The notes: generated by a model not told the origin, from the letters alone. A stretch of DNA of 45,326 bases from Massilia sp. (GCA_028292765.1 JAQGLR010000348.1:1-45326), one strand, 5' to 3'; positions 8,800 to 19,312 are shown, counted from the stretch's first letter. Numbers and translations: made by a program.

Positions 8800-10482
8800 A
8801 TGAGGAGCATCAGACCGCTGATGCCGGCCGGGATACCCCTGCGCGGCATTTCTGTGTTGTTGATGATGGCGTGGGCAGGCGGCGCGTCCGCAGTCGATCT
8901 TGATACGGGCATCCCCAAGCTGAAGCTGCGCTGGGATAACACCCTGCGCTACAACCTCGGCGCCCGTGCCGAGCGGCCCGACGGGCGCATCCTGAACAAC
9001 CCCAGTTACGACGAGTCCGACGGCAAGTTCGGACGCGGCGACGTGGTGACCAACCGCCTCGATTTGCTCACCGAAATCGACCTCAATTACCGCAGCCTGG
9101 CCGGCGCCCGCGTCAGTGCGGCCGCCTGGTACGACCGCGCTTACGAAGACCGTTCGGTGCGCAGCCTGGTCCCGGGCTTCTCTACCAGCTATACGGACGA
9201 CCGCTACAATTCGCGCGTTTCGCGCTACGTGAATGGCCCGTCCGGCGAAATCCTCGATGCCTTCGTCTGGGCCAACCTGAAGCTCGGCGTCGTTCCGGTT
9301 AATATCAAGGTCGGGCGCCAGACCAACTACTTCGGCGAGGGCTTGCTCATTGCGGCGCACGCGGTCTCGTACTCGCAGTCGCCGCTCGACGGCGTCAAGG
9401 CGGTCACCAGCCCCGGCATCGAAACCAAGGAAGTCTTCCTGCCCGAGTCGCAGGTGTTCGTGAAGGCGCAGGTGTCACAGGACCTGGCCCTGGCCGGGCA
9501 ATACTTCTTCGACTGGCACGAGTCGCGCCTGCCCTACGGCGGGACCTATTTCGGGCCCGCCGATCCCTTCTTCGAGGGCCCGGACCGGCTGCCGGTGGGC
9601 CCCGGCGCCAGCCTGGCGCACGCACCGTCGATCAAACCCGGCAAGCACGGCAATTGGGGCGTGAGCGCCAGGCTGAACGTCGAGGCGATCGAATCGAGCC
9701 TGGGCGCCTATTACCGCCGCTTCGATGACTACAACCCGTGGTTCGGTCCGAACCTGACCAATTTCGTTGCCATCCCGGGCGTCGGCACCGTACCGACAGC
9801 CTACCGGCTGGTGTATCCGACCAAAGTGGAGCTGATGGGTCTGAGCGCCGCGCGCGTCATCGGACCAGTCAGCGTTGCTACCGATATCTCGGTACGCCGC
9901 GGCGGGGCATTGAACACTGACGCGGTCAGTCCGCTCGACCAGCAGGGACCGCGCGGCAACACCTTGCACGTGGTGGCGAACGGCGTCTACCTGCTGCCTT
10001 CCAGCAAATTCTGGGACACCGGCACCTTTATTACTGAAATCGCCTACAGCCGCCTGCTGAAGGTCACCTCCCACCGCGAGTTGTACAAGGGCGTGGGCGA
10101 AGCGTCCTGCCTGGCACCTGGCGGCAGGCCGGGCGACAAGAGCGACGGATGCTCGTCGAAAAACTATGCGGCCGTCGCCATGCTGTTTTCGCCGCAATAC
10201 CTGCAGGTCTTGCCGTCCTGGGACCTGGAACTGCCGATGTCCCTGAACTACGGCCTCTCGGGCAATGCGGCAAGTGCCGGCGGAGGCAACGAAAATTCGG
10301 TGTCCTGGTCGGTCGGCGCAAAGATGACCTTTGCCCAGCGTTACGAGTTCGGGTTGCAGTATGCCGACGCCCGCGCACCCGCCAAGTACGACCCCTCGGG
10401 GTCGACCGCCATCGGCGGCAACGGCAGTTTCGGCACGAGCGACCGCGGCTGGCTCGCATTCACCTTCAAGGCAGGCTTCTAA
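8800..10482 (+). CDS. DUF1302 family putative outer-membrane beta-barrel protein
   Basis: Signal peptide (AGGASA), RWDNTLRY, DAFVW..GRQ...GE and C-terminal DRGWLAFTFKAGF ending in Phe. Paired with DUF1329. GGAGGAG RBS. Confidence 0.85.
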   Translation: MRSIRPLMPAGIPLRGISVLLMMAWAGGASAVDLDTGIPKLKLRWDNTLRYNLGARAERPDGRILNNPSYDESDGKFGRGDVVTNRLDLLTEIDLNYRSLAGARVSAAAWYDRAYEDRSVRSLVPGFSTSYTDDRYNSRVSRYVNGPSGEILDAFVWANLKLGVVPVNIKVGRQTNYFGEGLLIAAHAVSYSQSPLDGVKAVTSPGIETKEVFLPESQVFVKAQVSQDLALAGQYFFDWHESRLPYGGTYFGPADPFFEGPDRLPVGPGASLAHAPSIKPGKHGNWGVSARLNVEAIESSLGAYYRRFDDYNPWFGPNLTNFVAIPGVGTVPTAYRLVYPTKVELMGLSAARVIGPVSVATDISVRRGGALNTDAVSPLDQQGPRGNTLHVVANGVYLLPSSKFWDTGTFITEIAYSRLLKVTSHRELYKGVGEASCLAPGGRPGDKSDGCSSKNYAAVAMLFSPQYLQVLPSWDLELPMSLNYGLSGNAASAGGGNENSVSWSVGAKMTFAQRYEFGLQYADARAPAKYDPSGSTAIGGNGSFGTSDRGWLAFTFKAGF

Positions 10483-10501
10483 ACAGAATATGGAGACGAC
10501 A

Positions 10502-11884
10502 ATGAAAATCACGCATTTCTTTTGCGGCGCCCCGATGGTCCCGATGGTCCTGTTGGCGCTGTCGGCAACGCACGCCCTGGCCGGCGTCACGGCTGACGAA
10601 GCCAAACAGCTCGGCGCGACCCTGACCGAATTCGGTGCCATCAAGGCCGGCAACAAGGACGGCACGATTCCCGCCTACACCGGCGGGCTGACCAAGGCGC
10701 CGCCGGGCTTCAAGCGCGACAGCGGTTACTGGGTCGACCCGTACAAGGACGAGCAGCCCCTGTACCGGATCGACGCCAAAAACATGGAGCAGTACGCCGA
10801 CAAGCTGAGCGCCGGCCAAAAGAAGCTGCTCAAGCAAAACCCGGGCTATTACCTCGATATCTACCCGACCCACCGCAGCGCGGCGTTGCCCGAGCACGTC
10901 CTGAAGGCGACGGTGCGCAATGCCACCACGTGCAAGGCCCTGAAAGAGAACTATGCGGTCGATCCCGCGTGCCGCGGCGGCCTGCCGTTCCCGATCCCGA
11001 AGACCGGCTACGAGGTGATGTGGAATATCCTGCTGCGCTACGTCGGCGAGACCGGATTCACCACCGCCAACGGCCGTTCGTGGATCGTCGATGCGAGCGG
11101 GCGGCCGACGATGACGTCCGACCAGTACACGAAAGTGGAAAAGCCCTACTACCAGACGAAACTTGCCGACCGCGACCCGCAGCTGTACTGGCGGGCGTTT
11201 GCGCTGACCAATTCGCCCGCGCGCAAGTCCGGCCAGGCCGAGTTGATCGCGGACTATCTCGACACCGTCGACAAGCCGCGCCGGGCCTGGAGTTACAGCC
11301 CGGGGCAGCGGCGCGTCAAGCTCGCGCCCGAATTCGTGTACGACACCCCGGTGTCGGCGCTGGGTGGCGTGATCCTGTACGACGAGCTGTTCATGTTCTC
11401 CGGGAAGATGGATCGTTTCGACTTCAAGCTGGTCGGCAAGAAGGAGATGTTCATTCCGTATAACAGCTACAAGTTCAACTTCGACTGCAAGGGCGAAGCC
11501 CAGTTCAAGCCGAAGCATGTCACGCCCGCCTGCGAGCGCTGGGAGCTGCACCGCGTGTGGGTAGTCGAGGCGACGCTGAAACCCGGCCAGCGCCATGCGT
11601 ATTCCAAGCGCACCTATTACGTGGACGAGGATACCTACGGCGCCGGCATGTTCGATTCGCTCGACCACAACGGAGAGCTGTACCGGTCGATGTTCAATTC
11701 GGTGTTCCAGGCCTATGACCACGCCATTCCGCTGGCGCTCAAAAGTGTCACCTACGACTTCAACCGCAGCAATTACGCGGTGCTGGGCGACGCTTCGGTG
11801 GGCGGCTTCCTGATACCCGAGACCGCATTGCCGGAGCGCGAGCTGGGCGTGGAAGCGATGATCGCCCGCGAGACTACCCGCTGA
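10502..11884 (+). CDS. DUF1329 domain periplasmic protein
   Basis: Signal peptide, LTEFGAIKAGNKDGTIPAYTGG, PFPIPKTG.E, YSPGQRRV, WELHRVWVVEATLK and YVDED. GGAGA RBS before ATG 10502. Confidence 0.9.
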   Translation: MKITHFFCGAPMVPMVLLALSATHALAGVTADEAKQLGATLTEFGAIKAGNKDGTIPAYTGGLTKAPPGFKRDSGYWVDPYKDEQPLYRIDAKNMEQYADKLSAGQKKLLKQNPGYYLDIYPTHRSAALPEHVLKATVRNATTCKALKENYAVDPACRGGLPFPIPKTGYEVMWNILLRYVGETGFTTANGRSWIVDASGRPTMTSDQYTKVEKPYYQTKLADRDPQLYWRAFALTNSPARKSGQAELIADYLDTVDKPRRAWSYSPGQRRVKLAPEFVYDTPVSALGGVILYDELFMFSGKMDRFDFKLVGKKEMFIPYNSYKFNFDCKGEAQFKPKHVTPACERWELHRVWVVEATLKPGQRHAYSKRTYYVDEDTYGAGMFDSLDHNGELYRSMFNSVFQAYDHAIPLALKSVTYDFNRSNYAVLGDASVGGFLIPETALPERELGVEAMIARETTR

Positions 11885-11915
11885 GGACGCGCTGAGCGGC
11901 CATCTGGAGAACCTC

Positions 11916-13571
11916 ATGAACAAGGAATACGATTTCATCATCGTGGGCGCCGGTTCGTCCGGCTGCGTGCTGGCCAACCGGCTGTCAAGCGATCCGGCCG
12001 CCTCGGTCCTGCTGATCGAAAGCGGCCCGGCCGACAAGCACGCACTGATCCATATGCCCAGGGGCATCGGCAAGATGCTCACGCCGGGTAACCCGCATGT
12101 CTGGAGCTATTCGGCCTCGAAGGGGGCCGGGCGCGGCGCCGAGGACTGGCTGAAGGGCCGCACACTGGGCGGCTCGAGTTCGGTCAACGGCATGGTGTAC
12201 CTGCGCGGTCATCCTGCGGAATACGACGCCTGGAAAGAGGCGGGCTGCACAGGGTGGGGCTGGGACGACATCGGGCGCTGCTACCGCGAGATGGAAGACC
12301 ACGAACTGGGGCCGGGCGGATCGCGTGGTGTCGGCGGCCCCCTGAAGGTATCGATGCACCCGGCCGGGCATCCGCTGTGCGAGGCGGTGATCGCCGCGGC
12401 CGAAGAGGCCGGGGTGCCGCGCGTGGACGACATCAACGCGGCAGTCGATGGCGGCATCGGGTACCAGCCGCGCACCATCTGGCGCGGGCGGCGCCAGAGC
12501 GCAGCGCAGGCCTTCCTGGCGCCGGTACGCGGGCGTTCGAACCTGGAGGTTCGCACCGGCACCGATGTGCTGCGCGTGCTGTTCGAAGGGCGGCGGGCGG
12601 TCGGGGTCGAATTGCGCGACCTCAGCGACTCCAAAGGCGTCTCGGTGGCGCGGGCGCGGCGCGAGGTCATCCTGTCGGCAGGAGCATTGAACACGCCGAA
12701 GCTGCTGCAGCTGTCGGGCGTGGGCGACGCGGGTCTGCTGGCCGGCCTCGGCATCCCGCTCGTGGCCGATATCCCCGGCGTTGGCCAACACCTGCTGGAA
12801 CACCGCTGCATCATGATGCAGGTACGGGTCAGGAAGGGCAGCCTGAACCGGGAGTTCGGCGGCCTGCGGCTGCTGAGGAACCTGCTGCGTTATTTCACCG
12901 GCGGGGCGGGCCCCATGACCCATGCCGCGCATGAGGTGTGCGCCTTCGTGAAGACGCGGCCGGAACTGGCGCGTCCGGACGCGGAGATCGGCGTCGGCCT
13001 GTATTCGATCGCGGTCGAGGATGGCAAGATCGTGCTCGAGAAAGAGCAGGGCATGACCTGGGTGGGCTACTTCACCAACCCGGACAGCGAAGGCTCGGTG
13101 ACGATCGCCAGCCGCGACCCGGATGCCGCGCCGCTGATCGACGCCAACTACCTGGCTACCCCCAACGACCGCCGTCATTCGATCGACCTGGTCCGCTTCA
13201 TGCGCAAGATCCTGATGCAGCCGGCCCTGCGCACCCATGTGGTGGGCGAAACGCTGCCCGGCCCGCACTGCGCCAGCGACGAGGAATTGCTCGAAGCCTT
13301 CTTCAAGCATGGATCGACCGCTTTCCACGTGGCCGGTACCTGCCGCATGGGCGCCGACGCCGCCTCCGTGGTCGACCCGCAGTTGCGCGTGCGCGGCCTG
13401 GAAGGTTTGCGGGTGGTCGATACCTCCATCATGCCCACGCTTATTTCGGGCAATACCAATGGCCCTGCGATGGCGATTGCGATGCGTGCCGCGGAAGTGA
13501 TCCTGGCGACAGGGCAGGGCGCCACGCCCGCCGTCGAGGCATCTGCACTCCGCAGTCCGGCCTTCACCTGA
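11916..13571 (+). CDS. GMC family FAD oxidoreductase (choline/alcohol dehydrogenase-like)
   Basis: YDFIIVGAGSSG, GRTLGGSSSVNGM, FHVAGTCRMG and GNTNGP motifs. Confidence 0.93.
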   Translation: MNKEYDFIIVGAGSSGCVLANRLSSDPAASVLLIESGPADKHALIHMPRGIGKMLTPGNPHVWSYSASKGAGRGAEDWLKGRTLGGSSSVNGMVYLRGHPAEYDAWKEAGCTGWGWDDIGRCYREMEDHELGPGGSRGVGGPLKVSMHPAGHPLCEAVIAAAEEAGVPRVDDINAAVDGGIGYQPRTIWRGRRQSAAQAFLAPVRGRSNLEVRTGTDVLRVLFEGRRAVGVELRDLSDSKGVSVARARREVILSAGALNTPKLLQLSGVGDAGLLAGLGIPLVADIPGVGQHLLEHRCIMMQVRVRKGSLNREFGGLRLLRNLLRYFTGGAGPMTHAAHEVCAFVKTRPELARPDAEIGVGLYSIAVEDGKIVLEKEQGMTWVGYFTNPDSEGSVTIASRDPDAAPLIDANYLATPNDRRHSIDLVRFMRKILMQPALRTHVVGETLPGPHCASDEELLEAFFKHGSTAFHVAGTCRMGADAASVVDPQLRVRGLEGLRVVDTSIMPTLISGNTNGPAMAIAMRAAEVILATGQGATPAVEASALRSPAFT

Positions 13572-13595
13572 ATTAACATCAAGCGAGACAAAACC

Positions 13596-15089
13596 ATGAA
13601 TATCCCGTTCACCCATTTCGACCGCCTCTACATCAATGGCGAATGGCATGCGCCCCAATCCGGCGAAACCGAAGCCGTGATCAACCCGGCCACCGAGGAA
13701 GTCATCGGCATGGCGCCGGTCGGCGGCCTGGCGGAGGCCGGCGCCGCCATCAGCGCCGCGCGCAGGGCCTTCGACAGCGGCCCGTGGGCGCGCATGACGC
13801 TCGAAGCGCGCGCCGACGTCATGCGCAAGATGCATGCGGCGCTGTCGACCCGCGCCGGCCAGATCAAGTCCCTGATGATTGCCGAAGGCGGCATTACCCG
13901 CGCGCTCGCGGAAGGCATGTTCTTCACGCGGCCGATGCAGATCTTCGAAGCCGCCATCAAACGCTCACTGATTCCCACCACCCGCCACCTGCCGGTGGAG
14001 TCGGCGCTCGCGCCCTTTAATCCGGCCGGCCCGCGCCTGCTGGGCGGCGGTGTCGTGGTGCGCGAGGCCATTGGCGTGGTAACTGCGATCACGCCGTATA
14101 ACGCGCCCTTCCTGACGAACCTGTCGAAACTGGTGCCGGCCCTATTGGCAGGCAACACCGTCATTCTCAAGCCGTCGCCGTACACGCCATTCTCGGCATT
14201 GCTGTTCGGCGAAGTGGCGAGCGAGATCGGCTTGCCGCCGGGCGTACTCAACGTCGTCACGGGAAATGCCGAGGTGGCCCAGCTGCTCACGGCCGACGCC
14301 GGCGTAGACATGGTGACGTTTACCGGTTCGGAAGCGGTGGGCGCCGCCATCCTCGCCCAGGGCGCACCGACCATCAAGCGCTCGCTGCTCGAGCTGGGCG
14401 GCAAGTCGGCGCTGATCGTGCGCGCCGACGCCGATGTGCAGAAAGCCGCAATGGAAGGCCTTTTCCAGGTCTCGACCCATTGCGGCCAAGGCTGCGCGCT
14501 GGCGACGCGTCACCTGGTCCACAACGCGATCCGCCCGGCCTACATCGAAATGATGCGTGCCATCGCCGGCCAGATCACGGTGGGCGACCCGGCAAGCCCG
14601 GGTACCGTGACCGGGCCGCTGATCCGCGGCGTGGCGCGCGAGCGGGTCGAACGCGCCGTTGCCCGGGGCCAGGACGAGGGCGCGCGGCTGGTCATCGGCG
14701 GCTCGCGCCCCGCGCATTTAAACAAAGGGTACTTCTACAACGTCACCGTGTTCGACGATGTGGACAACAGCATGTCGATCGCGCAGGATGAAATCTTCGG
14801 ACCCGTGGCCTCGGTGATCGGATTCGACACCGACGAGGAAGCGATCGCGATCGCCAACGACAGCCGTTATGGCCTGTACGGCGGCATTCACTCGCGCGAT
14901 CCCGCGAGGGCCTACGAGATGGCGCTCCAGGTGCGCACCGGCGGGGTGGTCATCAACGGCGGCCTGTACCAGTTAATGGACGCGCCCTTCGGTGGCTACA
15001 AGCGGTCGGGGCTCGGGCGCGAGTACGGCGAGCACTGGCTGAACGAGTATACGCAGGAAAAAACGATCGTGTTCCCCATTGGCGTCTAG
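13596..15089 (+). CDS. aldehyde dehydrogenase family protein
   Basis: ITPYNAP, KPS, FTGS, LELGGKS, GQGC (catalytic Cys), EIFGPV and PFGGYKRSG. Confidence 0.95.
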   Translation: MNIPFTHFDRLYINGEWHAPQSGETEAVINPATEEVIGMAPVGGLAEAGAAISAARRAFDSGPWARMTLEARADVMRKMHAALSTRAGQIKSLMIAEGGITRALAEGMFFTRPMQIFEAAIKRSLIPTTRHLPVESALAPFNPAGPRLLGGGVVVREAIGVVTAITPYNAPFLTNLSKLVPALLAGNTVILKPSPYTPFSALLFGEVASEIGLPPGVLNVVTGNAEVAQLLTADAGVDMVTFTGSEAVGAAILAQGAPTIKRSLLELGGKSALIVRADADVQKAAMEGLFQVSTHCGQGCALATRHLVHNAIRPAYIEMMRAIAGQITVGDPASPGTVTGPLIRGVARERVERAVARGQDEGARLVIGGSRPAHLNKGYFYNVTVFDDVDNSMSIAQDEIFGPVASVIGFDTDEEAIAIANDSRYGLYGGIHSRDPARAYEMALQVRTGGVVINGGLYQLMDAPFGGYKRSGLGREYGEHWLNEYTQEKTIVFPIGV

Positions 15090-15149
15090 AACCGGCAACT
15101 TATCCGTTTTGGTAATCGTATCGTCGCACTATTAAAACCAGGAGACATC

Positions 15150-17459
15150 ATGCATACAATTATTCGACTCCGGATCCGGCGCGGGGCTTCGGCAGCTGCC
15201 GCTGTCTCCACCTTCATGCTGGCCGGCTGCGGGGACAGCGACCCTGGAGTGGGCCCGGTCGCCCCACCAAATATTACAGTCCTGTCCTCGAAGCCCGAAT
15301 ATGTCTCCGGCAATGCCGTGCTGGTCGATATCGGCAAGCCCGCAACGGGCAGCACTCCCGGGCCTTTACGCGTCACCGTCAACGGTGCCGTAGTCACACC
15401 GGCATTTGCGCCGGATCCGAACAACGCTGGTCACATGGTGGGCCTGGTAACGGGATTGAGCGAAGGCGCCAACGTGATCTCCGCCGACTTCGACAATGGC
15501 CCCGCACTGGCCATCGTGACGAACTATGCGAACGGCCCGATCCTGTCCGGGCCCCGGACAACGCCTTTCAACTGCCAGACCCAGGACTTCGTGCTTCCCG
15601 ACGGGACCAGGCTCGGCGCCGCGACGGACGCGAACTGTTCCGCGCCTACAAAGATCCAGTACATGTACCGCGCCGTGGGGACGACAACCCTGCGACCTTT
15701 GCCGAGCACGACGGCGCTACCGCTTGACGTCGCCACTACAACCACTACCAGCGGCGCGACCGTGCCATTCGTCGTGCGGATCGAAACCGGCACGATGAAC
15801 CGCGGGATCTATCAAAACGCGATCCTGTTCAATCCAGTCACGGACCGGGCGCCGAGCGCGCTGACGCCGCCGCCCGGATGGAACAAGCGCCTCATCGCGG
15901 TACACGGCACCGGCTGCGCGACCGGCTGGTACATCCAGGGCGCCGCCATGGGTGTCAGTCCGTACACGGCGACGAACATGACCCGCCTCGGCGAAGGCTA
16001 TGCAGTGTTCACGAATACCCTGAATCACCCGACCAACAGCTGCAACGCGCACCTGGCGGGCGAGACGACGCTGATGGGTAAACAACACTTCATCAAGACC
16101 TTTGGCCTTCCCGCCATGACGGTCAGTATCGGCACCTCTGGTGGGGCGTACACCAGCCTGCAGGTCGCGGACGCTTTCCCGGACCTGTTCGATGGTGTCT
16201 TTATCGACGCAACCTTCCCGGACGCGCTGTCGATCGCCATGTCGGCCATGGACAGCAAACTGCTGAACCGCTACTTCACCGCCAACAACGGCAGTGCCGT
16301 CACGGAGCCGCAGATGGTCGCGGTATCCGGTCACAAGTCGGCCCGTGCCTGGTATGACCTGGCGGTGCAATCGGGCCGCACGGACCCGGTGTCGGGCCGT
16401 ACCGAGACGATCCCGACGGCAGGCTCGTTCGGCGGCGCTTACACTGCGGGCGCTTATAACCCGGCGGTGCCGCTGAGCCAGCGCTGGAACGCGGTCACCA
16501 ACCCGACCGGGGCACGCGCCACGGTGTTTGATGCTGGCCGCAACGTGTACGGCATTGACGCGCAGGGATACGCGCTGCGTCCTTTCGACAACGTCGGCGT
16601 CCAGTACGGACTGGCCCAGTTGAACGACGGGACGATCAGCGTTGACCAATTCCTCGATCTCAACGAGAAAATCGGCGGGTATGACCGGGACGGCAACTAC
16701 ACCGCGGGACGCACCATCGGCTCGGAAGCTGCCATCAAGCGTGCTTACCAGAGCGGCCTGCAACTCGGCGGGGGCGGAGGGCTGGCGTCGATTCCGGTAT
16801 TCGACCTGTCGAATTTCTACGATGAAGACAATTTTTACCACTATCAGTGGTTCCACTTCGCCGCACGCGAGCGCATGCGCCAGGCAAACGGCGACACGCG
16901 CAATCACGTGATGTGGCGTGGCGGCGTCTCGTTCGCGGACCTGTTCGGTGTCGCGACGCCGGGACGGGCCGAGCGGGCCGCGGTCAACGCCAAGGCCCAG
17001 GCCGACGCATGGCCCTTGTTCATTCGCTGGGTGGCAGCCTACAAGGCGGCAGCCGGCGCGGCGACGCAGCGTGAAAAAGTCATTGCCAACAAGCCTGCCG
17101 AAGCCGTGGACGGATGCTTCACCTTGTCGACGGCGCCGCAGTTCATCGCGGAGGCCCAGACACCGGCAACGGGCGGCGCCAGCGGGACCTGCAATGCGAT
17201 CTGGCCGACCTGGACCTATCCTCGTGCGCAGGCGGGCGCGTCGATTGCGGCGGACAAGCTCAAGTGCGAGCTGAAACCGGTAACCGCAAGTGACTATCGG
17301 GTGACCTTCGACCCGGCGAGGCTTGCACGGCTTCAGGCGATCTTCCCTACCGGGACCTGTGACTGGTCCAGAGCGGGTGTCGGCCAGGTGGCTGTTGTTC
17401 TTTACCCGTCCGTGGGACCCTCGCCGGTCAACCTTATATTCGATATCACCAAACCGTAG
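15150..17459 (+). CDS. DUF6351 / tannase-like alpha/beta hydrolase lipoprotein
   Basis: Lipobox MLAGC, GTSGG nucleophile elbow, DNVGVQYGL..L..G.IS..QFLDLNEKIGG and C-terminal KCELKP...FPTGTCDWS. Confidence 0.72.
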   Translation: MHTIIRLRIRRGASAAAAVSTFMLAGCGDSDPGVGPVAPPNITVLSSKPEYVSGNAVLVDIGKPATGSTPGPLRVTVNGAVVTPAFAPDPNNAGHMVGLVTGLSEGANVISADFDNGPALAIVTNYANGPILSGPRTTPFNCQTQDFVLPDGTRLGAATDANCSAPTKIQYMYRAVGTTTLRPLPSTTALPLDVATTTTTSGATVPFVVRIETGTMNRGIYQNAILFNPVTDRAPSALTPPPGWNKRLIAVHGTGCATGWYIQGAAMGVSPYTATNMTRLGEGYAVFTNTLNHPTNSCNAHLAGETTLMGKQHFIKTFGLPAMTVSIGTSGGAYTSLQVADAFPDLFDGVFIDATFPDALSIAMSAMDSKLLNRYFTANNGSAVTEPQMVAVSGHKSARAWYDLAVQSGRTDPVSGRTETIPTAGSFGGAYTAGAYNPAVPLSQRWNAVTNPTGARATVFDAGRNVYGIDAQGYALRPFDNVGVQYGLAQLNDGTISVDQFLDLNEKIGGYDRDGNYTAGRTIGSEAAIKRAYQSGLQLGGGGGLASIPVFDLSNFYDEDNFYHYQWFHFAARERMRQANGDTRNHVMWRGGVSFADLFGVATPGRAERAAVNAKAQADAWPLFIRWVAAYKAAAGAATQREKVIANKPAEAVDGCFTLSTAPQFIAEAQTPATGGASGTCNAIWPTWTYPRAQAGASIAADKLKCELKPVTASDYRVTFDPARLARLQAIFPTGTCDWSRAGVGQVAVVLYPSVGPSPVNLIFDITKP

Positions 17460-17905
17460 TCAGGGCGGGTAGTCACGAGACGACGGATGCGTGGTAGCGC
17501 ATGCTTCCCTGTGGCAGCCGTCGGTGAATGGCTGCTGGGGAGTCGGGCGTCCGAGGCCCGGCAGCCATGGGTTACCTTCTCTTGGAACGGCGTGCCGAGT
17601 TAGACGCCCCGTCATCGTACTTCCTTGCTGTTGTGCCAGTCGAGCGGACGATCTTGTTGAAATGCACACTGTCAACAGAGAAAGAGCCACTGAACTGAAG
17701 AAGCCGCCGCCTTTCGCGCACAGCAAGGGTCGGTTGGACATTTTGTTGAAAAGTATACGTTGGCGGCCCACCAATCCACCGATGTCCGAGTTCGAGCGAA
17801 AGTGATGTAGTGTATGAAACCACCGCACATGCGGTGCGCACTGGGTCTCTCGGCAGTTCGGGTTTCGGCGCTTGTCGCGCACTGGCTACCGCGCCCCGCT
17901 CCCGC

Positions 17906-18310
17906 GATACCGGCCAGCGTCCTGGGCTCACTACCGCTGAAGAAGAGCGCGTCAAGACGCTCGAGCGAGAGCTGCGCGAGCTGCGCAAGGCAAACGAGAT
18001 CCTGCGCCTGGCGAGTGCTTTTTTCGCCCAGGCGGAGCTCGGCCGCCACTTCAAGCCGTGAGGGCATTCATCGACCGCTACCGCCATGCCTACGGCGTCG
18101 AGCCGATCTGCCGTGTGATGCAGGTCGCGCCGTCGGGCTACTGGCGCTACGCGGCGCAGCAGCGCAACCCGGCGTTGAGATGCGCACGAGCCCGGCGCGA
18201 CGACGTGCTGAGCGTCGATATCGAGCGGGTTTGGCAGGCGAACCTGCAAGTCTATGGCGCGGACAAAGTGTGGCATCAACTACGGCGTGAGGGATCCGAG
18301 GTGGCTCGCT
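17906..18310 (+). mobile_element. internal fragment of an IS3-family (IS51 group, IS401-like) transposase
   Basis: OrfA end [10 protein letters not shown]...[21 protein letters not shown]6C slippery site at 18019-18025, and OrfB start FIDRYRHAYGVEPICRV...YGADKVWHQLRREG.EVAR. Breaks off before the DDE domain. No terminal IRs seen. Confidence 0.88.
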
Positions 18311-19190
18311 CAAGCCTGGCCAGGACTTCGGCATCCCTGCCGAGAGCTAGGGCTTCGCCAACAAGACGCTGGCCCGGGAAACGATTGCGCCGCTGCTGGA
18401 CCGCAGCTCACCCTTGCGTACTTCGCACATGCGCGATCCGGTCGGCTTGCAGATCCAGTTCGCGAGCGAACAATTCATTGACGCACTGGCCGCTGAGACC
18501 GGCACCGACCCGGTCGAGTTCCGGCTCAAGCACCTGACCGACGAGCGTGACCGGGCGGTGGTCAAGGCGGCGGCAGACAAGTCAGGCTGGAACGCCTCGT
18601 CCAAGCCACGCGCCAAGCGACGCGGCGCCATCCTCAAGGGCCGTGGCATTGCCTATGCCCAGCGCGGCGGCACCGTCCTCGCAGTCGTTGCCGAGATCGA
18701 GGCCGAGCCGAAAACGGGCCGCATCTGGGGGCGGAAGTTCACAGTCGCGCACGACTGCGGGCTGGTGGTCAACCCGCAGGGCTTGCGCCACACGATCGAG
18801 GGCGGACTGGTGCAGGGCCCGTCGCGCGCCCTGTTCGAGGAAGTGAAGTTTGACACGGACATGGTCACGAGTGCGGATTGGGGCAGCTATCCGATCCTGG
18901 AGATGAGCGACGCGCCAGAGACCATCGACATCGTGCTGATCAACCGCCCTGAGCTTGCGCCGACCGGCGCGGGCGAAGCAACCTGCCGCGTCATACCCGC
19001 GGCGCTTGCAAACGCGTTCTTCTACGCCACCGGCGTGCGCTTGCGGCACGCTCCGATGACAGCGGAAAACGTCAAAAAGGCGCTGGCCCTCGTTGCCAGC
19101 ACCGCAGCAAATGGTGGCGCTCTTCCACCCTCCGGAACACGCGTGTGTTTCTGGTTGACACCGATTTGGCGTGTCGTTACATTACATTAA
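18311..19190 (+). pseudogene. truncated xanthine dehydrogenase/isoquinoline oxidoreductase family molybdopterin-binding subunit (C-terminal part)
   Basis: SHMRDP..QFASEQFIDALA...DPVEFRL, GRGIAY, HDCGLVVNP.G...IEGG..QG.SRAL.EEV.F and GAGE...ALANA...ATGVR.R. The 5' end is replaced by IS sequence, and there is an in-frame TAG at 18348-18350. Confidence 0.85.
19155..19183 (+). promoter_or_regulatory. sigma70-type promoter for cupin1-eutA1
   Basis: TTGACA(19155-19160)-N17-TACATT(19178-19183). Confidence 0.6.
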
Positions 19191-19207
19191 CGCGGAAGCG
19201 GACCTCT

Positions 19208-19224
19208 GTTCCACATATCGGAAT
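19208..19224. promoter_or_regulatory. palindromic operator (putative IclR site) 1
   Basis: GTTCCACATATCGGAAT, matching the recurring GTTCCR-N5-YGGAAC. Confidence 0.65.
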
Positions 19225-19312
19225 AGTAGGCCGATCGTGACGTACCAGCCCCGGTGGGAATATCTCCATCACCGGCTCACTCTTTCAAACCAGCACAGAA
19301 GGTGATGCCAAC

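Noticed and set aside
18348-18350. Programmed read-through or pyrrolysine at the in-frame TAG
   Set aside because: The gene is already 5'-truncated by an IS fragment, so simple decay explains the stop.
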